DNA from: an uncultured Methanosarcinales archaeon
Lineage (GTDB): Archaea > Nanobdellota > Nanobdellia > Woesearchaeales > GW2011-AR4
Length of the DNA: 64,000 nt
NCBI GenBank assembly: GCA_964438385.1
Contig: CAYTKI010000011.1
Coordinates: forward strand, 48,739 to 112,738
Reading direction: 5' to 3'
Shown: one piece after another, positions 57,226-64,000 of the stretch
Numbering within the stretch: the stretch's first letter is position 1
How the letters are laid out: every line of letters starts with the position of its first letter
Notes under the pieces: generated by a model
What the model was told of the DNA's origin: nothing
Database searches by the model: none
The model's input: only the letters and a program-made list of their open reading frames with translations
Program-made: the position numbers and the translations under genes

Positions 57226-58350
57226 ATGATGCATGTAAAAGGAATTGGAATGACGAAATTTGGAATCCATAGTAAGACAACCCATGAGCTGTGCTATGAG
57301 GCGGCAATGGAGGCATTCGATGATGCAAATATAACTCCGGACCAGATAGATGCCGTTGTCATCTCCCGTAGTGATAGCGCAATTGATGGGGAGCGGCAGC
57401 GCCTCTTTCCCTCTCTTATCAGCAGCATCCTGCAGAAAGAGGGAATCCCCATGGTGCATGTGATTGCCGCGTGCGCGGGAGGCGGAGCTGCATTGTGGAA
57501 TGCAGTGCACTTGGATTATGGGAATGTACTTGTGCTTGGGGTTGAGAAGCTCACACCTCCTCCGACGCCGCAGGTGACTGAAGACCTCATGACTGCATCT
57601 GAGCACCTCTACGAGCAGTCAGAAGGGATGAATTTTCCAGCCCAGAATGCACTGATAGCGCAGCAGTACATGCGCAGGTATGGGGTTTCCACTGATGATC
57701 TTGCATTGGTTGCCCTAAAAAACCATGAAAATGCAAACCTTAACCCAAAAGCAAGATTTTACGGAAAAACTGTGACGCTCGCCATGATCAAAAAATCACC
57801 CATCATCTGCTCCCCCTTGCGCCTCTTTGACTGCAGTATCTCCGTGGATGGCGCGGCTGCCGTAATAGTCACCAAGGAAAAAACAGATATTGAAATCGCT
57901 GGATCTGCATTGTACGCTGATCGCCTTCCTGCCTTTGAAGCGCCGGATATGACCTCATGGGAAGGGACAAAACTTGCTGCGGAGCAGGCATATAGGGAAG
58001 CAGGAATCACTCCAAAGGATCTTGATTGTGTGGAATTGCACGACGCGTTTACTTCTGTTGAATTGATGGCGTATGAGGATCTTGGCTTGTGTGGAAAAGG
58101 CGAGGGGAAAAAACTCATCCGCAAAGGACATACAAAGCTCAATGGAGCGCTTCCAGTCAACATGTCTGGAGGCCTCAAGGCAAAAGGGCATCCCATTTCC
58201 GCGACAGGTATATCGCAAATTTATGAGATCGTAAAGCAGTTGCGCAATCAGGCAGGAAAACGCCAGGTGGATGGAGCGAAAATCGGAATCGCGCATAATG
58301 TGGGCGGCGTTGGCAGTTCAGTGACTGTCCATGTGCTCAAAAAAGTATAG
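57226..58350 (+). CDS. Archaeal-type thiolase (acetyl-CoA C-acyltransferase, SCP-x/thiolase fold)
   Basis: GIGMTKFG, active-site VIAACAGGG, C-terminal HNVGG. The family that partners DUF35 proteins. Confidence 0.8.
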   Translation: MMHVKGIGMTKFGIHSKTTHELCYEAAMEAFDDANITPDQIDAVVISRSDSAIDGERQRLFPSLISSILQKEGIPMVHVIAACAGGGAALWNAVHLDYGNVLVLGVEKLTPPPTPQVTEDLMTASEHLYEQSEGMNFPAQNALIAQQYMRRYGVSTDDLALVALKNHENANLNPKARFYGKTVTLAMIKKSPIICSPLRLFDCSISVDGAAAVIVTKEKTDIEIAGSALYADRLPAFEAPDMTSWEGTKLAAEQAYREAGITPKDLDCVELHDAFTSVELMAYEDLGLCGKGEGKKLIRKGHTKLNGALPVNMSGGLKAKGHPISATGISQIYEIVKQLRNQAGKRQVDGAKIGIAHNVGGVGSSVTVHVLKKV

Positions 58351-58363
58351 AAAATGAATGTAG

Positions 58364-59830
58364 GTGAATGACATGATTATCAGATGGATATGCGAGATAT
58401 GCAGTAAGAAATGGATATATCCCGTGCAGAAATGCCTCTATTGCAAAGGACCAATAGTAAAGCAGAAGGGCACAAAGGTGAAAATCATTGGCATCACCAA
58501 AGTGAATATCCCCTCACCAATGCACCCAATCATTCCCTATAATATTATCCTTCTCGAGGATGAGTTTGGCAACCGCATGCCTAAAAAAACAATGAAAGAA
58601 TACCACATTGGGGATGCCTACCAGCTCGAGCAGGCAAAGACAGATGGCGCAGTTATCATTTGCAAGGTAAAGTATGATATTGAGGAAGCATTGCAAGAAT
58701 CCCTTGGCCTTTTGAGATCAGTTGATTTGGCGCCGGATGATAAGGTGCTCATTAAGGTAAGTTGCATTGAGTCAGTATATCCATACCAGGCGGTAACGAC
58801 AAACCCCGTGCTTCTTGAATCCATCATCCATATTCTGAGGGGGAGGGGCATCTCTAATATTATTATTGGGGAGCAGGCAATGCTCGGTAATGACACCATG
58901 GACGCAGCTTCAAAGGCAGGAATCCTTGAAGTCTGCAAGAAGGCGGATATTGCATTCGTTGATTTAGGCAAGGCAGAGTATGTGGAGAAGAAGCATGGCA
59001 CAACAACCTTTAGCATTGCGAAAGATGCAGTGGAGAGAAAAATCATTGATGTGCCCGTCCTAAAGACCCATTCCCAACTTGGCGTTGCAGGGGCCATGGA
59101 GAATTTGCTTCGTGTATGCTCCGCAGAAACGCAGAAGAATATGTATGCTGAAGGCATTGAGAAATCACTTGCAAAACTTGCGCTGGTCGCAAGGCCCATA
59201 CTCATCATCGGAGATGCGACAAATGGGCTTCAGGGCAATGGCCCTACTTCCCTTGGCGAGCCGGCGTTTCTGAATATGCTGCTTGTGGGAAAAGACATTG
59301 TTTCAGTTGACCGAATATTTTCTGAGCTGGGGATGTTTTCCTTGCCGGAACATGTCAGGGAAGCCGGGATTCTTGGGGCTGGTGAATCTGATCTCAAGAA
59401 AATTGAAGTGGTAAATTGTGAAGTGAATGCGGCAAAGTACTCCCTCAAGAAACCGGAAAAAGTGGTAACAGCTCATCCCAACATCCGGCTGGTTGATGGC
59501 CAGGCAGATCCTTATGTGCTCAATACTGCACTCAGGATGGCGCAGAAGCTGGTTGGAATTGCCGGGGAAGAAGTGCATATCGTGGTGGGCTCCCATCTTT
59601 CATCGGAGATGGTTGAGGGCAAGCAGCGCTTGGTGCTATACGGCCGTGACGCCATCAGGAAGGGAAAGGAGATAGGTATCCAGGCGGTCGCTGAGCTTAC
59701 TGAAGAGATGCCGGATATCCAAAAAGTCGTGTTCTTGAAAAGCATACTTGAGAATCCAGACAAGAAGAAACTTGGTATCGCGGACGTCTTCAAGGCAAAG
59801 CTTGCGATGTTCTCGCAGAAAAAGAAATGA
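58364..59830 (+). CDS. Fusion protein: N-terminal DUF35 (Zn-ribbon + OB-fold) and C-terminal DUF362-like domain
   Basis: N-terminus CEICSKKWIYPVQKCLYCKG...KVKIIGITKV is the DUF35 rubredoxin-like ribbon plus OB fold. From ~aa 120, DDKVLIKVSCIESVYPYQAVTTNPVLLESIIHILRGRG fits the DUF362 kVlIKPN...tThP.vv.avv motif. 488 aa in total. Confidence 0.55.
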   Translation: MNDMIIRWICEICSKKWIYPVQKCLYCKGPIVKQKGTKVKIIGITKVNIPSPMHPIIPYNIILLEDEFGNRMPKKTMKEYHIGDAYQLEQAKTDGAVIICKVKYDIEEALQESLGLLRSVDLAPDDKVLIKVSCIESVYPYQAVTTNPVLLESIIHILRGRGISNIIIGEQAMLGNDTMDAASKAGILEVCKKADIAFVDLGKAEYVEKKHGTTTFSIAKDAVERKIIDVPVLKTHSQLGVAGAMENLLRVCSAETQKNMYAEGIEKSLAKLALVARPILIIGDATNGLQGNGPTSLGEPAFLNMLLVGKDIVSVDRIFSELGMFSLPEHVREAGILGAGESDLKKIEVVNCEVNAAKYSLKKPEKVVTAHPNIRLVDGQADPYVLNTALRMAQKLVGIAGEEVHIVVGSHLSSEMVEGKQRLVLYGRDAIRKGKEIGIQAVAELTEEMPDIQKVVFLKSILENPDKKKLGIADVFKAKLAMFSQKKK

Positions 59831-59867
59831 ACGTAGTCCCAAGATCCGGGCTGAATGGTATAAAATC

Positions 59868-60602
59868 ATGCTGACTGGAAAAATTGCATTGGTCACCGGC
59901 TCCTCACGGGGCATTGGAAAGGCAATTGCCCTTGAGCTTGCAAAGAAAGGGGCAGATGTCGCAATTAATTATAGCAGTGATGAGAATGGCGCGCGGGCAG
60001 TTGCCGAGGAAATTGAAAAGATTGGGAGAAAGGCGATTGTGGTCAAGGCGAATGTTTCCAACACAGAGCAGACAAAAAAGATGGTGCAGGAAATATGTGA
60101 GAAACTTGGAAAAATCGACTTGCTGGTCAATAATGCGGGAATCGCACGCGATAAGACCTTAAAGAACATGAGTGTAGAGAAATGGAACTTAGTGATTGAC
60201 ACCAACCTCACTGGCACCTTCAATGTCACCAAGAGCGTGCTTGAAGTTATGCCTGAGGGCGGGAGCATTGTCAACATTTCTTCTGTAGTGGGGCTCAACG
60301 GCAATTTCGGGCAGACAAACTATTCTGCATCCAAGGCAGGCATAATCGGATTCACCAAATCATTGGCAAAAGAGGTGGCGAAGAGAAGGATAAGGGTGAA
60401 CGCAGTCGCTCCTGGATTTATCGAGACAGAGATGACAAAAGGCATCCCGTTCATCAGGAAGCTCATCGTGAAGAGATTCATTCCGCTTGGGCGGTTGGGA
60501 GCAGCAGAGGATGTTGCGCACTTAGTGGCATTTTTACTTTCTGAGGATGCAGGATACATCAGCGGCCAAGTCGTGAGAATAGATGGGGGGTTGATGTTCT
60601 GA
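59868..60602 (+). CDS. fabG: 3-oxoacyl-thioester reductase (FabG-type SDR)
   Basis: KIALVTGSSRGIGKAIA...NNAG...SSVVG...YSASKAG...APGFIETEM. Classical FabG motifs. Confidence 0.85.
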   Translation: MLTGKIALVTGSSRGIGKAIALELAKKGADVAINYSSDENGARAVAEEIEKIGRKAIVVKANVSNTEQTKKMVQEICEKLGKIDLLVNNAGIARDKTLKNMSVEKWNLVIDTNLTGTFNVTKSVLEVMPEGGSIVNISSVVGLNGNFGQTNYSASKAGIIGFTKSLAKEVAKRRIRVNAVAPGFIETEMTKGIPFIRKLIVKRFIPLGRLGAAEDVAHLVAFLLSEDAGYISGQVVRIDGGLMF

Positions 60603-61735
60603 TGTTTGTTAGGGGAGTTGGCATGACCTCATTTGATTTTGATCAAACACCCTCATTTGAGAGAATTTCACAGTGCGTGTCTGAAGCGCTTGAGGATGCG
60701 GAACTTGGGCTTGAGCAGCTTGATGCAGTTTTCATATCAAACACAGAGACAGGAGGGAATAGCGAGCGCCAGCGCCACATGTCTCCTCTCGTAAGCAGTC
60801 TGTTTGAGAGGAGGATCCCAATAATCAATCTCCCATGGGGATGTGGTGGTGGTGGGGTTGCTTTATGGGATGCGCTGCGGTTCTTGATGGCCACGCCAAA
60901 GGAAAATGTTCTCGTTATCGGCTGCGATAAAGTGGTGGGAAACACTTCAGAGCGGCTCACAGATGAGATCCTAATGGGCGGTGAGAGAAAATATGAGCAG
61001 ATTGAGGGAGTTGTCTTTCCCGCCCAGAACGCGCTTGTGGCGCAGCAGTACATGCTCAAGTTCAATGCTGTGGAGGGGGATTTTGCGCTTGTTGCCCTGA
61101 AAAATCACGAGAATGGGTTTCTCAATCCGAAAGCAAGATTTTACAATAAAAAAGTAACTCTTGAGATGATTGAGAAGTCCCAGGTTGTTGCCTCTCCTCT
61201 TCGCCTCTTTGACTGCAGTATCTCGTGTAATGGGGCTGCTGCTGTAGTGGTAAGTAGGGAAAAAAGTGATATAGAGATTGTGGGGAGTAGCGTCGCAACA
61301 AGCAATCTCTCAACATTTGAGAGAAAAAATATGCTCTCTTGGGAATCAACAAAGATTGCCGCGAAGAACGCGTACTCACAGGCAGGGATTAGCCATGAGG
61401 AAGTGGATATTGCGGAGCTTCATGATGCTTTTACTCCTGTTGAAATCATTTCGTATGAGGATCTTGGATTTTGCGGGCCTGGAGAAGGCATTCAGCTTAT
61501 CAGGGAAGGCGCGACAAAGCTGAACGGAAAACTGCCGGTAAACACTTCAGGCGGGCTCAAGGCGCGTGGGCATCCTATTAGTCCGACCGGCATCGCGCAG
61601 ATATATGAGATTGCATGCCAGATGAGAGGAGATGCCGGCAAGAGGCAGATTGAGAAGCCAACCTATGGGCTGGCCCAGAATATTGGAGGGGCGGGAAGCA
61701 TGGCTGCCGTGCACATCCTGAAAAACAATGGCTAA
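60602..61735 (+). CDS. Thiolase-fold protein, paralog of 57226..58350
   Basis: GVGMTSFD, WGCGGGG (Cys retained), QNIGGAG. ~40-45% identical to the upstream thiolase by eye. Confidence 0.7.
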   Translation: MFVRGVGMTSFDFDQTPSFERISQCVSEALEDAELGLEQLDAVFISNTETGGNSERQRHMSPLVSSLFERRIPIINLPWGCGGGGVALWDALRFLMATPKENVLVIGCDKVVGNTSERLTDEILMGGERKYEQIEGVVFPAQNALVAQQYMLKFNAVEGDFALVALKNHENGFLNPKARFYNKKVTLEMIEKSQVVASPLRLFDCSISCNGAAAVVVSREKSDIEIVGSSVATSNLSTFERKNMLSWESTKIAAKNAYSQAGISHEEVDIAELHDAFTPVEIISYEDLGFCGPGEGIQLIREGATKLNGKLPVNTSGGLKARGHPISPTGIAQIYEIACQMRGDAGKRQIEKPTYGLAQNIGGAGSMAAVHILKNNG

Positions 61736-62804
61736 AGGAATGCTTTCCGGGATACGGGTACTTGACTGTTCTTCTCTTATTCCGGGGCCGTTTTGCGCGA
61801 TGATGCTTGCTGATCTTGGTGCGGATGTCACCAAGGTGGAGAGTCCAAAGGGTGATGGTTTACGCTCCTTTGGGACAATCAATGGGGTGAGTCCTTATTT
61901 TGTGGTCATAAACAGGGGCAAGAAAATCGTGGTGCTCAACCTCAAGACAAAGGAAGGAAAAGGCAAGCTTCATCAGCTCGTTAAGGGAACAGATGTCATA
62001 ATTATCGGGACAAGACCGATGAAAGCAGCAGATCTTGGCCTTGCATACTCACAAATAAGGAAAATGAACAAGAGGATTGTGTATTGCTCAATCACTGGCT
62101 ATGGGATGCGTGGAAGAAAGAGCAAATTGGCAGGACATGACATAAATTATCTCGCCCATAGCGGAATGCTCCCTGCGCTTTCAGGAAATTCAGTTTCAGT
62201 ACCAGGGGTGCAGCATGCGGATCTTGCCGCAGGAACGCTTGCGTGTTCTGTGATACTCGCGGCGCTTTTCTCCAGGCAAAAAACAGGGAAAGGTGTATGT
62301 CTGGACCTTAGTATGGCGGATGCCACTTCCTATTTTTTTGGGATGTATCTTTCGCATGACTCTCTTGCCGGAATGGATAGATTTCTTGCAGGAGCATGCC
62401 CATGCTACAATGTGTACAAGACCAAGGATCATAAGTGGGTTGCTCTCGGTGCCGTAGAGGAAAAATTTTGGAAAGCGTGGTGCGGTGCGTCAAAAATGAT
62501 TTCATTGGAAAAGAAGCAATGGTCGATGGAGAAAGATGTAATTGAGAAAGTGCGTGATGTGTTCATGAACAAGACTGCAAAAGAGTGGGTGATGCTCGGT
62601 AATCTTCATGATTTTTGCTGCGAAGAAGTTCTGGATGCAAAAAGCGCCGTCTCCTTGGGCATGGAGCAAAAAAAATGGGAGGAGGTGCAAAGAATACCTG
62701 TTCCTAGTCTGGGATTTGGTGTTTTTGGGATTCCTGTTTCACAACCATCATGGAAAAAAAAGCCAACTTTCCTCAACTCAGGAATAGAGCGGGAGGGTAA
62801 GTGA
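61728..62804 (+). CDS. Family III CoA-transferase (CaiB/BaiF / alpha-methylacyl-CoA racemase family)
   Basis: GIRVLDCSSLIPGPFCAMMLADLGADVTKVE is the hallmark N-terminal block of CoA-transferase family III. Confidence 0.85.
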   Translation: MAKGMLSGIRVLDCSSLIPGPFCAMMLADLGADVTKVESPKGDGLRSFGTINGVSPYFVVINRGKKIVVLNLKTKEGKGKLHQLVKGTDVIIIGTRPMKAADLGLAYSQIRKMNKRIVYCSITGYGMRGRKSKLAGHDINYLAHSGMLPALSGNSVSVPGVQHADLAAGTLACSVILAALFSRQKTGKGVCLDLSMADATSYFFGMYLSHDSLAGMDRFLAGACPCYNVYKTKDHKWVALGAVEEKFWKAWCGASKMISLEKKQWSMEKDVIEKVRDVFMNKTAKEWVMLGNLHDFCCEEVLDAKSAVSLGMEQKKWEEVQRIPVPSLGFGVFGIPVSQPSWKKKPTFLNSGIEREGK

Positions 62805-62809
62805 CATTA

Positions 62810-64000
62810 ATGGAAATCAAAAGACATTCCTGGAAACCGACAGCGCCAATCTCAAAAGGAGCGAGCGCGTACCATGATGCAGTCTGCAACGCCAAGTATT
62901 ATGTGACTATTCTTGATGAGCTCATGATGAACGCTGCTCAGAAGATCGTGGAAGGTCAGATCGTTGTTGATTTTGGCGCAGGAACAGGAGTTTCTGCTCT
63001 TCGGCTCTTAAAGCAGGCATCCGATCATTTTGATTTGTGGATGGTGGACAATTCTCCTGCGTGGCTCGGCAAGGCCTATGAGATTCTGCACGATCGCAAG
63101 GGCACTGATTTTTTTATCGTTGGGAAAAAAGGAGAGACTCATGCGACGCTCTCCCAGACCATTGGGGAAGGTATTGCGGACCACGTGGTCTGCGCAAATA
63201 CCATCCACCTCATTCCAGATATTGCAGAGGTATTCGAGGGGGTCTCATGCGCGCTTAAGGAGGGGGGGATGTTTTTTGTCGAGAGTGGAAATGTCCTCTA
63301 TGACGATACTCCAAAAGGAGCGCTTCTGGTCGATGACACCGTCAAGCGGGTACATGATATCGCCCTGGACATGGTGAGGTATAATCCTTCATTCTCATCC
63401 TATAAGGCGGATCTCGATGCGGATATCAGGAAGTATGCGGCTCAGAGAAAATTTGTCTTTCCTGATCCTCGGCCGTTAAGCTTCTATTGTGAAATGCTCC
63501 AAAAGTCCGGGTTTGTAGTTGAGCGCTCCTATGCAAAGCTTTTCAAGGTTGAATATGGGGATTGGCTTACATTTCTCCGCGTTAAGCGGCTGCAGGCAGG
63601 AATCCTTCCCGAAATCGGCGGCAATGATCCATCCAATAAGGAAGAGGAGGATCGTGACAATCTCATTTCATTGGCCACCCATAAGCTCTTTGACGAATTG
63701 CGCGCTGAGAATCCGCTTGCTGACAAGCAGGGGTTCACTATTGAGGTAGTGTATATCATCGCCCACAAAAAAGAGCGCACGCTTGCCGGAAAAAAAGCTC
63801 TGGTCACTGGCGCATCACGCGGCATTGGAAGGGCAATCGCACTTGAATTGGCTTCCGAAGGGGCAGAGATCATCATTAACTACAATAGCAGCAAAGAGAA
63901 GGCGCAGGAAGTTGTGGAGGAGATTGCTTCGATTGGCTCGCGCGGAATCGCGGTCAAAGCGGATGTAGCAATCCATTCTGATGTGACGCATCTTGCTGCG
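62810..64000 (+). CDS. Didomain protein: class I SAM methyltransferase-like domain fused to an SDR (FabG-like ketoreductase) domain; 3' end beyond window
   Basis: Hand translation from the ATG at 62810 is open through 64000 with no stop, checked codon by codon. VVDFGAGTGVSALRL (MTase motif I) is followed ~330 codons later, in the same frame, by KKALVTGASRGIGRAIALELASEGAEIIINYNSS (SDR TGxxxGxG). Missing from the ORF track because it runs off the edge. Confidence 0.65.
   Translation, partial: MEIKRHSWKPTAPISKGASAYHDAVCNAKYYVTILDELMMNAAQKIVEGQIVVDFGAGTGVSALRLLKQASDHFDLWMVDNSPAWLGKAYEILHDRKGTDFFIVGKKGETHATLSQTIGEGIADHVVCANTIHLIPDIAEVFEGVSCALKEGGMFFVESGNVLYDDTPKGALLVDDTVKRVHDIALDMVRYNPSFSSYKADLDADIRKYAAQRKFVFPDPRPLSFYCEMLQKSGFVVERSYAKLFKVEYGDWLTFLRVKRLQAGILPEIGGNDPSNKEEEDRDNLISLATHKLFDELRAENPLADKQGFTIEVVYIIAHKKERTLAGKKALVTGASRGIGRAIALELASEGAEIIINYNSSKEKAQEVVEEIASIGSRGIAVKADVAIHSDVTHLAA

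Noticed and set aside
60602-61735. Second thiolase-fold ORF as HMG-CoA synthase
   Set aside because: It aligns along its whole length with the upstream thiolase (shared GxGMTxF N-terminus, Cys in WGCGGGG, C-terminal NIGGAG). It lacks the distinctive HMGCS N-terminal acetyl-Cys region, so it is treated as a thiolase paralog. A profile search is still needed.
1-64000. CRISPR arrays, rRNA genes, IS elements or transposases, integrases
   Set aside because: No direct-repeat/spacer periodicity was seen. No DDE transposase or tyrosine-recombinase-like ORFs, and no rRNA-like conserved stretches. The AT-rich islets carry TA-like genes but no recognisable mobility genes.

Overview
This 64 kb window is almost entirely a cell-envelope and surface-glycan biosynthesis island. 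It carries the complete dTDP-L-rhamnose pathway (rmlC, rmlB, rmlD, rmlA), galE, wecB, a nucleotide-sugar 6-dehydrogenase and a Wzx-like flippase. There are three Dpm1-like GT2 polyprenyl-phosphate glycosyltransferases, two GT4 enzymes, one GT9 heptosyltransferase-like enzyme, and about six large polytopic GT-C-like membrane proteins (DUF2029/GT87-like, PMT/ArnT-like, YfhO-like). There are at least seven class I SAM methyltransferases, an MBOAT O-acyltransferase with four paralogous membrane-anchored SGNH hydrolases, and a CE4-like deacetylase. Embedded in it is an E3 / E1alpha / E1beta / (SGNH) / E2 2-oxoacid dehydrogenase complex. Two AT-rich islets carry toxin-antitoxin-like pairs: DUF4258/DUF2283, and an MNT-like nucleotidyltransferase with a HEPN gene that is frameshifted at a T7 run. 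Two cassettes do not fit an ordinary glycan locus. The first (43.4-48.0 kb) is formyltransferase-fold enzyme / MaoC dehydratase / SDR / AcpS / FkbH-like HAD loader / acyl carrier protein. The second, at the right edge (56.7->64.0 kb), is FabZ, an archaeal-type thiolase, a DUF35-DUF362 fusion, FabG, a second thiolase-like protein, a family III CoA-transferase, and a methyltransferase-SDR didomain protein. Together these look like a non-canonical thioester (ACP/CoA) chain-building and tailoring system, probably making an unusual acyl decoration or lipid. Promoter regions look archaeal: TTTAWATA-type boxes lie 20-40 nt upstream of starts, several starts are consistent with leaderless transcripts, and a ~19-nt motif recurs. 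Several gene families are bacterial-type (GT9, AcpS, FabZ, ACP). This suggests an uncultivated, DPANN-like archaeon with horizontally acquired envelope genes, but the taxonomic call is inference only. No rRNA, tRNA or CRISPR arrays were seen. ORFs that run off either edge (a C-methyltransferase at the left, the MTase-SDR fusion at the right) are absent from the supplied ORF track and were translated by hand.
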